Of a DNA stretch of 64,000 nt, positions 43,511-53,827 are shown one piece after another (positions within the stretch are counted from its first letter, which is position 1; the number at the start of each line of letters is the position of its first letter). Location of the stretch: assembly GCA_028289365.1 (NCBI GenBank), contig JANQQM010000038.1, positions 51,115 to 115,114 on the forward strand, in the 5' to 3' direction. Source of the stretch: Salaquimonas sp. Its GTDB lineage: Bacteria > Pseudomonadota > Alphaproteobacteria > Rhizobiales > Rhizobiaceae. Made by a program: the position numbers and the translations under genes. Below the pieces are notes generated by a model. The model was not told where the DNA came from. It searched no databases and worked only from the letters and a program-made list of their open reading frames with translations.

Positions 43511-44803
43511 GTGAGCGATGTCGTCATCAGAGCTGAAAGCCTCGGCAAGCGATATCTGATTGGCCACCAATCGGTCGAGCGTGAGAGCTACACTGCACTT
43601 CGTGACGTCATTGGTCGTACGCTCAAAAGTTTCGGTCGTTCAACCCTAGATACCCTTCGCGGTCGGCAGATCATCGCCGGCGATGAGATTGAGGAATTCT
43701 GGGCTCTAAGGGAAGTGACTTTCGAGATCAAACGCGGTGAAGTGGTTGGCATCATAGGTCGCAACGGCGCTGGCAAATCCACGTTGCTCAAGATTCTCTC
43801 GCGCATCACGGAACCTTCAGAGGGTCATGTAGAGATCAGAGGCCGCGTCGCAAGCCTGCTCGAGGTTGGCACTGGCTTCCACCCGGAGCTTACGGGGCGC
43901 GAGAACATCTATCTGAATGGTGCCATTCTCGGCATGACCCACGCCGAGATCAAACGCAAGTTCGATGAAATCGTCGACTTCGCCGAAGTTGAAAAATTCC
44001 TCGACACGCCAGTCAAGCGGTATTCGAGCGGCATGTATGTTCGGCTCGCATTTGCAGTAGCCGCACATCTGGAGCCGGAAATCCTGATCGTCGACGAGGT
44101 TCTGGCGGTCGGAGATGTGGAGTTTCAGAAAAAATGTCTCGGCAAGATGCAGGACGTCGCAGGGCACGGCCGCACAGTTCTTTTCGTTAGCCATAACATG
44201 GCAGCGATCTCAGCATTAACAAGTCGTTGCATTTATTTGAATAAAGGTAGTGTAAAAATCGAAGGGTCTACAAGAAAGACGATAGAGGCGTACTTAGATA
44301 GCGGTGCAAGCTTAACTTCCAACAGCTACAAAGCTGTTGCCGGGAGTAAGCCGTCGATCGTGTCAGTGCGAACTAATCTGGAGTCGAGGAGTAGCCCTCT
44401 AATTTCAGGGTCTCGATTTAGGGTTTTTATTGAGGTCTTCTGCCCAGAATTGGTAAGACCGTGCGTATCATTTCAGATCCAAAATGTAGATGGCGTGCCT
44501 ATTATTCATTGTGAGTCCGATGGCACAATTCCGTACGTCGAAGGAAGTGTAGAATTTTCGTTCGAAATACCGGAACTAAGTCTCAACGTAGGAAACTATA
44601 GCCTAAATGTATATTTCTCTGAGCCGCCTGGCGGGAGAGCATTCGATGTAGTTGAAAATGCATGTCGTTTCAGCGTTGACATACTTGAAACAACATCGCT
44701 ATTTGGATGGAGACCTGATGTTTGCGCCTATATAGTGAAGTATTCGTGCTCGCTAGAACACAGACCGGAGACTGGTTTTGCTAACAGAACTATCGGAAGG
44801 TGA
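43511..44803 (+). CDS. wzt: Polysaccharide/O-antigen ABC exporter ATPase with C-terminal extension (Wzt-type)
   Basis: GTG 43511 lies 4 nt after the wzm stop. Motifs are Walker A GRNGAGKSTLLK, signature YSSGMYVRLAFA and Walker B ILIVDEVLAVGD. An extra C-terminal beta-rich domain of about 170 aa follows. Confidence 0.9.
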   Translation: MSDVVIRAESLGKRYLIGHQSVERESYTALRDVIGRTLKSFGRSTLDTLRGRQIIAGDEIEEFWALREVTFEIKRGEVVGIIGRNGAGKSTLLKILSRITEPSEGHVEIRGRVASLLEVGTGFHPELTGRENIYLNGAILGMTHAEIKRKFDEIVDFAEVEKFLDTPVKRYSSGMYVRLAFAVAAHLEPEILIVDEVLAVGDVEFQKKCLGKMQDVAGHGRTVLFVSHNMAAISALTSRCIYLNKGSVKIEGSTRKTIEAYLDSGASLTSNSYKAVAGSKPSIVSVRTNLESRSSPLISGSRFRVFIEVFCPELVRPCVSFQIQNVDGVPIIHCESDGTIPYVEGSVEFSFEIPELSLNVGNYSLNVYFSEPPGGRAFDVVENACRFSVDILETTSLFGWRPDVCAYIVKYSCSLEHRPETGFANRTIGR

Positions 44804-45551
44804 ATACCTAGCCGACCGCACGAATCCTTCCCCCGGCGGTGAAGCATATTTGGTGCTAGGGGATCTTAAACTTGCGCTTGAGGAGCTGATCCCAAAAAAG
44901 GCGGTGTCGGTATTAGATTTTGGATGTGGAGGTTCTCCTTACCGAGAATTGTTTAGCGGGCAGTATGATAGGGCAGACATAGAGGATAATCCTAACCGTG
45001 ATATTACACTCGAAGATGCAAGCAGCCTTCCAATCAATATAGGGAGCTATGACGCAGTCCTATCTACTCAAGTACTAGAACACGTTCCAGAACCAGATAA
45101 ATACTTAAGAGAGTGTAATCGTGCACTTAGGAACGGCGGGAATCTAATCCTAACTACTCACGGCATGTTCCACGATCACCCCTGTCCAACAGACTTCTGG
45201 CGATGGACGGGTAGTGGTCTTGAAAAAACAATTCGTTCTGCTGGATTCACACCCGTTCGAATGCTGCAGGTTACAAATGGTCCGAGAGCATCGATTTCAA
45301 TGTTTCTCGATGATTTGGATAGTATATGTGCACAAAGTAAAAGTTCCGGATATTTCTTATTACACCTTATATTTCGAATGCTTCGTAAGTATGGACGCAC
45401 GCGCCTTCACAAATTTGCCGATATAGCTTTCCAAAAATTCAGAGTTATGGATGCAACTCTCGACGGGGCACCAAACAACTATATTGTGATAGCCTGTTTG
45501 GCAGTAAAAACAAAATGCTTGGAACGGAATTCAACCGATGCAGTTAACTGA
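44778..45551 (+). CDS. Class I SAM-dependent methyltransferase
   Basis: SAM motif I is VLDFGCGGSPY. It also has VLSTQVLEHVPEPDKYLRE and GGNLILTTH. TTG start. Confidence 0.75.
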   Translation: MLTELSEGEYLADRTNPSPGGEAYLVLGDLKLALEELIPKKAVSVLDFGCGGSPYRELFSGQYDRADIEDNPNRDITLEDASSLPINIGSYDAVLSTQVLEHVPEPDKYLRECNRALRNGGNLILTTHGMFHDHPCPTDFWRWTGSGLEKTIRSAGFTPVRMLQVTNGPRASISMFLDDLDSICAQSKSSGYFLLHLIFRMLRKYGRTRLHKFADIAFQKFRVMDATLDGAPNNYIVIACLAVKTKCLERNSTDAVN

Positions 45552-46329
45552 GCTAGCGCTTAAATTTGGAACAGATAAAGGGGTCCACATCGGGGAAGCT
45601 CACGGCTATACTATTGTATACGATTTGCTATTTGCTGCGTTGAAGTCAAGTGACGTCGCATTGGCTGAATTAGGCCTTCAAGTTGGCGCTTCTGAGAGCA
45701 ATCCACTTGAGAAAAACGTAACCGATGTACCGTCAGCACGCATGTGGCTTACGTATTTCCCTAACATCTCTTTTTTTGGGATCGATATTTGTGACTTTAC
45801 TGAGTTGTCGCGTGGTCAGTTTACATTTCTACGAGCTGATGCCGGAATTGCAGTTGATTTAAAACGGGTGGTCCAGGAACTACCACCTGTCGATATATTT
45901 ATCGACGATGGCTCTCATGCATCGTACCACCAACAGTTGACGCTTCAGTATTTGTTTCCCAAAGTAAAAAAGGGCGGTTTCTATATAATTGAAGATCTTC
46001 ATTGGCAACCAGATCCGATTGAAAAAATTGGCAATATAGAATTCAATACTGCTGAGATTGCCAAACTCGCAATAAATGACCGTTTCTCTGGAGAGCAAAA
46101 TGGTACAAAATTGTTTAAGAACGATTTCTCTATTTCAACTTACGAAGCTGTACGCAATGCAGAAATAGCGGTTTTATTTAGTACGGCTGATCTAAATAGT
46201 ATGGCGAAACATGTACTACCGCCACACGTTCGCGCAGAACCTGTAGTCTCTCTAAGGAAATATATATTTGACTGGCGCCGAAAAAAAAATCAGCTGTCAA
46301 GCCCTAAACTTTTAGTATTACAACGATAA
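45538..46329 (+). CDS. Putative SAM-dependent (sugar O-)methyltransferase
   Basis: FGTDKGV...HGYTIVYD and FIDDGSHASYHQ motifs recur in glycan O-methyltransferases as I recall them. Confidence 0.55.
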   Translation: MQLTELALKFGTDKGVHIGEAHGYTIVYDLLFAALKSSDVALAELGLQVGASESNPLEKNVTDVPSARMWLTYFPNISFFGIDICDFTELSRGQFTFLRADAGIAVDLKRVVQELPPVDIFIDDGSHASYHQQLTLQYLFPKVKKGGFYIIEDLHWQPDPIEKIGNIEFNTAEIAKLAINDRFSGEQNGTKLFKNDFSISTYEAVRNAEIAVLFSTADLNSMAKHVLPPHVRAEPVVSLRKYIFDWRRKKNQLSSPKLLVLQR

Positions 46330-46372
46330 AACAATAGATTCAGATTTTTTCAATGATTACAAATAATTTAAG

Positions 46373-47539
46373 ATGAAAACACGATCCTTTTTCTTTGTTT
46401 CAACACTCTATGCCGCCCCTTGGGCAGGCAGCGAAGAATTGTGGGCCAGAGCTGCCTCGAACTTAGCTGAGAGGGGCCATACTGTAGATGCAGCAGTGCA
46501 GATTTGGCCGGTTGCACCAAGGCAATGGACCGATTTAGATTCTTGCGGCGTAAGGTTGGTTCCGCGATCTTCAACTTTTCCCTGGTCAAAAAGACTGGCA
46601 AGACGCCTACTACCAAGCAGGCTGGCAACAACTATCTCGACTCCAATAATTGCTACCCATGCGAGGCAGTGTATTGCAAAAAATCGATATGACTTAGTTG
46701 TAATTTGTGAGGCAGCGGCTTGGCCACCAGTGCAGCTTCTTCAGGCGATAGAAATTATGAAAGTACCTTTTGTATTTATTAGTCAAGGTAACTCTGAGGA
46801 ATATTGGCCTTCTGAAACGAATGCACAAGAATACGGCCGGATATTAGGGAGAGCTGCCGCCACATATTTTGTTGCTGATGAGAATCGAGCTTTAGCAGAG
46901 TCCCAAATTGGATATGAATTACCGAATGCTAGAATAGTGCGCAACCCAATCAAATTTCACGCTAAGACTCCATTGCCGTGGCCAAATCGCAACGGCACTA
47001 CATTCAAAATGGCTTGTGTCGCTCGACTTTATCCAGCTCAAAAGGGGCAGGACAAGCTACTTCGAACACTGGCTTTGCCGCACTGGAGGGATCGTGATTG
47101 GAAATTGTCCTTCGCTGGTGAGGGGCCTCACGAGGGGGCTCTGAGAAGAATGGTATCTCTACTAGGTCTCGGAAATAGAGTGGAATTTCTCGGTCAGGTT
47201 TCGAATATTCAGGAATTATGGAGGAACAACCATCTACATGTATTGCCATCTCGATATGAAGGGATGCCGCTTTCTATACTGGAAGCGTCGGCGTGTGGTC
47301 GTCCAACGCTTACAACGAGAGTGGCTGATAACGACAGATTTGTTACCGACGATCGGACAGGCATTCTAGCTGCAGCTTCTGATGTTAACTCTCTAGATCT
47401 CGCATTGGAGCGTGCCTGGACGCTTAGGCCAACCCTGCAAAAGATGGGTTTGGCGGCATACGCATCGGCCATTACTAGCCAAGAGTTGGTGGCAGAGGAT
47501 GAATTAGCAATATCATTGGAGCAAGTTGCTAGCGATTGA
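46373..47539 (+). CDS. Glycosyltransferase family 4 (GT-B)
   Basis: HLHVLPSRYEGMPLSILEASACGRPTLTTRVADNDRFVTDDRTG. Confidence 0.85.
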   Translation: MKTRSFFFVSTLYAAPWAGSEELWARAASNLAERGHTVDAAVQIWPVAPRQWTDLDSCGVRLVPRSSTFPWSKRLARRLLPSRLATTISTPIIATHARQCIAKNRYDLVVICEAAAWPPVQLLQAIEIMKVPFVFISQGNSEEYWPSETNAQEYGRILGRAAATYFVADENRALAESQIGYELPNARIVRNPIKFHAKTPLPWPNRNGTTFKMACVARLYPAQKGQDKLLRTLALPHWRDRDWKLSFAGEGPHEGALRRMVSLLGLGNRVEFLGQVSNIQELWRNNHLHVLPSRYEGMPLSILEASACGRPTLTTRVADNDRFVTDDRTGILAAASDVNSLDLALERAWTLRPTLQKMGLAAYASAITSQELVAEDELAISLEQVASD

Positions 47540-47736
47540 CGGTAGTCACTCTTGACTAATTCGTATTGCTTGAAACGAACGTCTCTTTTGTCAAAGCGCT
47601 CCCGTTTTGAACCAGAACTATAATTCATCCCTCCATTTTGGCGAAAAGAGTGCATCATATACACGCGGGATCAAACCACTAGGAATCATTGGGTCAACGT
47701 AAACGATGATCGAATTTACCTGAAGTGGGAACGTAA

Positions 47737-48669
47737 ATGAGCATTAAGAATTTCGCGCAGAAAGTGATATTCTACCCGAAAGCTTTGATGCTTCGTTACG
47801 ATATTTATCGCGCGCGAAATTTAATCTTCGGAGAGTATCGTTACCATGTATTTGACAGACTTGGCATCGCGGGATTTGGTGATCACCTTCTGAGAATTGA
47901 TTTCCCTCCCCCGCATCCTGTAAGCGCCACGCTGGGTAACGCGACAATAGCTTTGCGCGACATTTTTGAAAAATCCCATACCCAAATACTTGATCATTTC
48001 ACAGGTGCTCTTCAGATGCTAGATGAGTATGGCTCATTGCCATTAACCAAACCATCTGAACCATCTGATATAAGGCCCTGGAGGAACAACGAGTTTTTTT
48101 TTGGAGCCGACATAATTGCCTTGATGTATATATTAGAGCGCTACTCGCCGAAGCGTTTCATTGAAATCGGTTCCGGGATGTCAACGCGGGTTGCGCGCTA
48201 TACACTTGGGCGGGATAGCAAACATCAAATAATCTCGATCGACCCTGAACCCCGCATTGCCATCGAACAGATCGCAGATAAGGTTATCCGAAAACCATTG
48301 CAGAGTGATTCATGCGCTGACATACTTGAAATCGTTCGTCCGGGTGATGTTGTCTTCTTCGATGGCAGCCACCGCTCATTACCGGGTAGCGATGTTAATG
48401 TTTTTTTCCTTGAATTGCTGCCGGAACTCCCTGCTGGCTGCATCGTTCATATTCACGATATCTATTTACCGTACGAGTACCCCTCAAATATGTTCAATAG
48501 ATTCTGGTCTGAACAATATATGCTGGCTACCTTCCTGATCGCAGGTGGATGGCGGAAACTCGAGCCGCTAATGCCAATTTATTATTGTTTTCAAAGGGAC
48601 GAGTATATTGATGTCCTCGGCTCTCAAAAAATTGAAACGGGAACTGGCTTCTGGGGAATGACAAGGTAG
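47737..48669 (+). CDS. Class I methyltransferase-fold protein
   Basis: FIEIGSGMSTRVA (motif I-like) and GDVVFFDGSHRSLPGSDVN...IVHIHDIYLPYEYP. Confidence 0.5.
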   Translation: MSIKNFAQKVIFYPKALMLRYDIYRARNLIFGEYRYHVFDRLGIAGFGDHLLRIDFPPPHPVSATLGNATIALRDIFEKSHTQILDHFTGALQMLDEYGSLPLTKPSEPSDIRPWRNNEFFFGADIIALMYILERYSPKRFIEIGSGMSTRVARYTLGRDSKHQIISIDPEPRIAIEQIADKVIRKPLQSDSCADILEIVRPGDVVFFDGSHRSLPGSDVNVFFLELLPELPAGCIVHIHDIYLPYEYPSNMFNRFWSEQYMLATFLIAGGWRKLEPLMPIYYCFQRDEYIDVLGSQKIETGTGFWGMTR

Positions 48670-48682
48670 AACGGTTAATACG

Positions 48683-49618
48683 TTGTCTACGATCGCACTT
48701 TTGACGCCAATATACAATGGTTCGCGCTTTGTGGAGCGCTTTCACGATCAAGTGAAAAAATTAGTTGAGCCATTCGATGAAATATTGCTTCTTGATGACT
48801 GCAGCACGGACGACGGGCCTTACGAACTTCGACAGCTTGGCTACAATGTAATTCACGGCGGCCAAAACGTTGGTCCTGGAGGTGCCCGCAATTTTCTTGC
48901 GTCTGCCTCGACGGCGTCATGGATCCATTTTCACGATATCGATGATGAACTTGATCCTGAATATGTTACTCGTGTTCGGCATCATCTTGGGCCAGATCAC
49001 GATGTCTTGTTTCACGATGTAATCTTCATAGATGAGGCCTCGAGAAGGCCGGTGATAGTGTTTAAATGGCATGATGATTTAATTTCAGATCCCATATTGA
49101 CTCTCCTTAAGCATCCTATGCCTACACCAAGCAGCGTGATCCGACGGGATATTTTTCTGTTGGCAGGCGGGTTCGCTCAAGATCTACGATGTTTTGAAGA
49201 TGGAGATCTCCACCTGAGATTGGTGGCGGCTGGTGCAAGAGTTACAGCACTCAGAGAGACCCTTGAAACGGCATTGCGGCACGATGAAGGCGCGAGCCAG
49301 GACATGCGGTATTGTCACCGGTGCCGATTGAAGTTTCTTGAACGCTACCTAACCGAACTACCGGCAAAATATCATCAAGACGTTAGAGATCAAATACTAT
49401 TTACTGCAAGGGATTTATTAGTTAGCGGAGATCGTGAGACCGCCAAGAAGGCAATTGAGCAATATCGGAGTCTAGGTGGGGCTTTTCCCATTACAAAAAA
49501 CCAACTGCTACGTATTGCGTCCGGTTATCTGCCAGACTTATGGGTCCTGAGTTCGCAAGTCGCATATTCTCGTTTGGTTACTGAAGTCCGAAAGATAACT
49601 GGACTGGCGATACGATGA
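48683..49618 (+). CDS. Glycosyltransferase family 2
   Basis: [17 protein letters not shown]...[12 protein letters not shown] and HDIDDE (DxD). TTG start. Confidence 0.8.
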   Translation: MSTIALLTPIYNGSRFVERFHDQVKKLVEPFDEILLLDDCSTDDGPYELRQLGYNVIHGGQNVGPGGARNFLASASTASWIHFHDIDDELDPEYVTRVRHHLGPDHDVLFHDVIFIDEASRRPVIVFKWHDDLISDPILTLLKHPMPTPSSVIRRDIFLLAGGFAQDLRCFEDGDLHLRLVAAGARVTALRETLETALRHDEGASQDMRYCHRCRLKFLERYLTELPAKYHQDVRDQILFTARDLLVSGDRETAKKAIEQYRSLGGAFPITKNQLLRIASGYLPDLWVLSSQVAYSRLVTEVRKITGLAIR

Positions 49619-50160
49619 ACTTAGGTTCGATTAGGAGCGCGAGTCTTCAGCTAATTCGGCGTTTTCGCGCGCAAGGCCTTGGTGCTGAGGTTAGCAAGAA
49701 CTGCACCATTGGTGCCAATTGCCAATTCGTCGATGCAAGAAGAGGAAGGATCCGCATCAGCGAGGCTGTCGAACTCCAAACGGGTGTAATTCTGAACACT
49801 TATGGTGGTTCTATCGAACTCGCTCAGAGGGCATTTTTAGGGCCATACGTAGTGGTATATGGGCACGGTGGAGTTTATATTGGCGAAAATTCGCTCATAA
49901 GTATGCATTGCTGCATTGTCAGCTCGAACCATTCGATCCCACCTGTAGGTGTACAAATCCGGTCCCAACCTGATATTAAGCGTCAGACCGTTATTGGCAG
50001 TGACGTTTGGATAGGCGCGAACTCAACAGTTCTATCGGGAGTGACGATCGGCGATGGAGCAGTGATTGGCGCGGGATCATTGGTAAGCCGGGATATCCCG
50101 TCAGGTTCAATTTGCTATGGCGCACCTGCAATCCCAAAAAGTGCGCGCGGATCTAGCTAA
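49615..50160 (+). CDS. Hexapeptide-repeat O-acetyltransferase
   Basis: ATGA overlap with the upstream gene. The left-handed beta-helix repeats are [36 protein letters not shown]. Confidence 0.85.
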   Translation: MNLGSIRSASLQLIRRFRAQGLGAEVSKNCTIGANCQFVDARRGRIRISEAVELQTGVILNTYGGSIELAQRAFLGPYVVVYGHGGVYIGENSLISMHCCIVSSNHSIPPVGVQIRSQPDIKRQTVIGSDVWIGANSTVLSGVTIGDGAVIGAGSLVSRDIPSGSICYGAPAIPKSARGSS

Positions 50161-51106
50161 ATTGAGTGTAACAGCAATAGTCTGCACCCACAATTGTCCA
50201 CCTGAGCGCTTAGCTGCCGTGGTGCATGCGCTTGTCAATCAAGATGACATAAGCTTCGATATAGTCATCATCGATAACTTGAGTGATCCACCTGTGGGCA
50301 AAGATATTATGGCTGCACACAGCCGTGTCCGCATCGTCGTGGAAGCGGAACTTGGATTGACGCCAGCACGGCTGCGCGGCGCAAGAGAATCCTCGTCAGA
50401 GGTGCTCGCTTTCGTAGATGACGATAACTTCGTATCTTCGAACTATCTTCGAGATGGATTGGCGCACTTTGAGAACCCATCAACCGGGGTGGTTGGCGGT
50501 CGGAGCCGGCCGCTATTCCAAGCACCTGTGCCAGATTGGCTCAAACGTAAAAAATATGCGCCTGGCTGCAACGATTCAGGAGACGCAATCCTAACCACAA
50601 ATTGGCGAGATACATCCGCGACAAGTCGAACTTACCCGAGTTTTGCTCCGATCGGAACTGGCATGCTGGTTCGCCGTAGCGTTTTCGACGTTTATGCAAG
50701 GGCACTCTCCTGTGATCCCAAGCGCCGTCTGTTGGATAGGCGCGGCAAGTCATTGGCCTCGGGCGGTGACAACGACATTGTGCTGACTGCGCTTGGCTTG
50801 GGTTTTGATGCGATCTACGACCCTTCAATAGAAATCCTTCATGAGATACCAGCTGGCCGTTTATCATTTGAATACGTTAGGCGCTATGCCTACGAAACGA
50901 ACCTGACTTGGGTCCAGGTATTGTCGTATCACGGTATCTCGCCATGGAAACCGATTCAGCCCTGGACTGCTAGTCTCCGTAAAGCGAGGGCATGGTTTCG
51001 CATGCGCCCGTGGCAAGGTCCGAGCGAGGCAATCGAATGGGCCGGCGCTTGTGGCATGATTGACGGGCGCGCTCATATCAAGCGCGATACGAACTTCAAG
51101 GTTTGA
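50117..51106 (+). CDS. Glycosyltransferase family 2
   Basis: [25 protein letters not shown]...[10 protein letters not shown] and FVDDDN (DxD). Confidence 0.8.
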   Translation: MAHLQSQKVRADLAKLSVTAIVCTHNCPPERLAAVVHALVNQDDISFDIVIIDNLSDPPVGKDIMAAHSRVRIVVEAELGLTPARLRGARESSSEVLAFVDDDNFVSSNYLRDGLAHFENPSTGVVGGRSRPLFQAPVPDWLKRKKYAPGCNDSGDAILTTNWRDTSATSRTYPSFAPIGTGMLVRRSVFDVYARALSCDPKRRLLDRRGKSLASGGDNDIVLTALGLGFDAIYDPSIEILHEIPAGRLSFEYVRRYAYETNLTWVQVLSYHGISPWKPIQPWTASLRKARAWFRMRPWQGPSEAIEWAGACGMIDGRAHIKRDTNFKV

Positions 51107-51143
51107 ATCAAGACTTCATGATCCGGTGAAGGGCAAGACAGCA

Positions 51144-52133
51144 ATGAGTCTTCCGAACAGTCCCTTTAGGGGGCTTGCCAAACGTGTTGGATTGGCAGGC
51201 CTAGCGGTTCATGCTTGGCATCGGCCAAGAGAATATATTCGCCGAATGCTTCTTGAGGGAGGTCCCTTGCAGCAGAGTAGGACTGCGCGTGGTCACGAAT
51301 GCATGAGAAAAGCTGCGATGGACATGCCTGCACTAATTGAACCAAGACTGGGCCCTCAAGCAAAGGTGAATTTTCTCAGCGGATCACGGTTTTGGCATCA
51401 GACTCTCTTTTGCATGGTGTCTCTACAGATTTTATCTCCCTTCAAAATTACACCTGTTGTCTTCGATGACGGTAGCCTCGACCAAGACACCAAAACGAAC
51501 CTTAGTCGAGTCATACCTTGGATCCAGTTTATTGACGCAAGCCTCATCGAGTCCCGATTGGATAGTGTATTGCCCAATGGGGCATTTCCGTCTCTGCGTC
51601 AACGCAGACGCGATTACATTCACTTGCGTAAACTGATTGATATTCATGTATGTAGTACTGACACTTGCTTAATAATGGATTCGGATATGTTGTTTTTTCG
51701 TTATCCACATGCGGTTCTCGAATGGTTTGAATCTCCTCATGCATTGTATATGCAGGATGTTTCAACAGCGTACGGTTATCCGTTAGATTTCTTAAATGAA
51801 CTCGCAGGTGCTACCGTGCCGGAGAGATTAAATGTAGGTTTGTACTCTCTTGGCAATCTAGAGCTGGAATGGGATCAACTAGAGTTTTGGTGTCGTCGCC
51901 AATTGGACGCCTATGGACCAAGTTATTTCCAAGAACAGGCACTGACCGCCATGCTGTTCGCAAAACTATCGGCCAAATTACTGCCGCGGCGCCGCTACAT
52001 TGTGCAACCAGACTTGCGTGAAGGGCGGGCTCAAACCGCAGTGCTGCACCACTACGTCGCCCAGTCCAAACGGTCATATTTCCAGTATGGATGGCGACGG
52101 ATTCTGGAGGAACGGACAAATATGGCGGGATGA
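51144..52133 (+). CDS. Hypothetical protein, possibly a GT-A-like glycosyltransferase
   Basis: ATG at 51144 (ORF track begins at 51060). VVFDDGSLDQ and IMDSDMLFF are DxD-like. Otherwise nothing was recognised. Confidence 0.4.
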   Translation: MSLPNSPFRGLAKRVGLAGLAVHAWHRPREYIRRMLLEGGPLQQSRTARGHECMRKAAMDMPALIEPRLGPQAKVNFLSGSRFWHQTLFCMVSLQILSPFKITPVVFDDGSLDQDTKTNLSRVIPWIQFIDASLIESRLDSVLPNGAFPSLRQRRRDYIHLRKLIDIHVCSTDTCLIMDSDMLFFRYPHAVLEWFESPHALYMQDVSTAYGYPLDFLNELAGATVPERLNVGLYSLGNLELEWDQLEFWCRRQLDAYGPSYFQEQALTAMLFAKLSAKLLPRRRYIVQPDLREGRAQTAVLHHYVAQSKRSYFQYGWRRILEERTNMAG

Positions 52134-53125
52134 CAGTGTTAATGGCACGACAATCCACTCCTACAGTTTCAGTCTGCGTCCCTGTATTCAATGCGGAGCG
52201 CTATGTAGCAGCTGCGCTCGACAGCGTATTAGCGCAGAGCTGGCCAGGGATCGAGATTGTCGCAATCAATGATGGCTCTACCGATGGTTCGCGTGCCGTG
52301 CTCGCCGGGTACGAGCATCGCGTCAAAGTTGTCGACCAGAAGAATTGCGGGGCCGCTGCCGCCCGAAACGCGGCTCTGTCGCATACTTCGGGTTCGCATG
52401 TGCTGTTTCTCGACGCAGACGACCTGCTGCATCCGGATCACGTAGCTGCACTCGTCGTCGCCTATGCCCGAGGGACCGCCGGATCCATCGCCTTTTCCCG
52501 TTGGGCTCGATTTTTTGACTCACTTACCGATGCGGTCTATCTGGACCAACCAACAGAGTCGGACATGTCGGGCGTAGATTGGCTCCTAACGGATTGGGCT
52601 GACACGTTGCCGATGACCCAGTGCGGGATGTTTCTTCTACCTAGGTCTCTGCTGGACCAGACTGGAGGCTGGGACGAGCGATTGTCTCTCATTGACGATT
52701 TTGAGTTTTTTACGCGTGTAATCTCAGCTTGCGACGGGATGGTCTTCGCAACCGATGCCTGCCTATACTACCGTTCCGGCGTTGGTGATAGCCTGTCGAG
52801 ACAGAAATCGCGCAAAGCGATCGAGTCCCAATTCCTTTCCTTAATGCTGGGCACCGGTCATCTTCTTGCCTCAGAGGATACACCATGCACCCGGCTGGCC
52901 TGTGCGAATATGCTACAGCAGTTCGAATATGAGCACTATCCAGCCCACTCGGACCTGCGAGCCCAGATTCGTGCACGAGTTGCCGATCTTGGTGGTGCGG
53001 ATATTTTACCCATCGGCCCTCCGAAGTTTCATCAGGCTCGCAAATTCGTGGGTTGGCGATTGGCTCGATTGCTCCAGAGAGCTTTCGGACCACGTAACCC
53101 CCTGAACCAGACAGGTATCCGATGA
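52130..53125 (+). CDS. Glycosyltransferase family 2
   Basis: ATGA overlap with the upstream gene. VSVCVPVFNAERYVAAALDSVLAQSWPGIEIVAINDGSTDGS and LDADDL. Confidence 0.85.
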   Translation: MTVLMARQSTPTVSVCVPVFNAERYVAAALDSVLAQSWPGIEIVAINDGSTDGSRAVLAGYEHRVKVVDQKNCGAAAARNAALSHTSGSHVLFLDADDLLHPDHVAALVVAYARGTAGSIAFSRWARFFDSLTDAVYLDQPTESDMSGVDWLLTDWADTLPMTQCGMFLLPRSLLDQTGGWDERLSLIDDFEFFTRVISACDGMVFATDACLYYRSGVGDSLSRQKSRKAIESQFLSLMLGTGHLLASEDTPCTRLACANMLQQFEYEHYPAHSDLRAQIRARVADLGGADILPIGPPKFHQARKFVGWRLARLLQRAFGPRNPLNQTGIR

Positions 53126-53528
53126 AGACCTCATTTGGCGCTGACTCAATGCGACCCTCACTGCCGCGGCATAGTTGCGAGATACCGCTGCTGTTCCGAT
53201 GCATCGGGCGTCGCATCGGAGTTGGTTTCTACGTCTATGACTAGTTACATGCGTAAGCAGTACTTTTGCATGTAACAGGACGCCAAACACACGACGGCCA
53301 AATGAGAAGCGGGGCTGCTAGTGTCAGCTGCTACGCTTCGACGGAAGACACGATCTGCTAGGTTCGTATTTCCACGCCGCCTTGCTTGATGGACTTGCGG
53401 TCTCAAGTTTGTCCTATTTGGATTTTTCCTCTGTACCGTTCGAGAAGGATGTGCTGCGTTTCGGATTTAGGCCCCTGTGTTGCTTGAAAGAAAACACATG
53501 AAATCTATTGTTGTGCTTTCATCCGCAG

Positions 53529-53801
53529 CTATCTTTGGGCAGCGGGCTGCGCGGTTCTTTCATTAAAGTCGGAGAGCCCGAGGACGATTTTATATCGCTT
53601 GCCTATCGGCGGTCTGACTCCTTCACACAGATCATGATGGCGGTCTCGAATGAGCTTCCCATTGCGACCAAATCGGAGCATCGTTCGGTAAAACCCTCGT
53701 CGGTTAACAAATTCTATGGACAAGCCATTCCAAAATCTCTGAACATGGCCCTCACCAGCGGCGGTGGCGAAGTCCAAAACGCCGTCAAGATCTCGGATCA
53801 C
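53529..53801 (-). pseudogene. Possible relic of the C-terminus of an rve-type (IS481/IS3-like) transposase
   Basis: GEGHVQRFWNGLSIEFVNRRGFYRT...IRDRHHDLCEGVRPPIGKR loosely parallels the conserved NGKVERFNRTL..E...Y......YNHHRPHSALGG.PP end of DDE integrase-core transposases. No N-terminal part is present. It lies in an otherwise non-coding 700-bp gap. Confidence 0.3.
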
Positions 53802-53827
53802 ATTTCCATTGATTTCACGTGGCCGTC

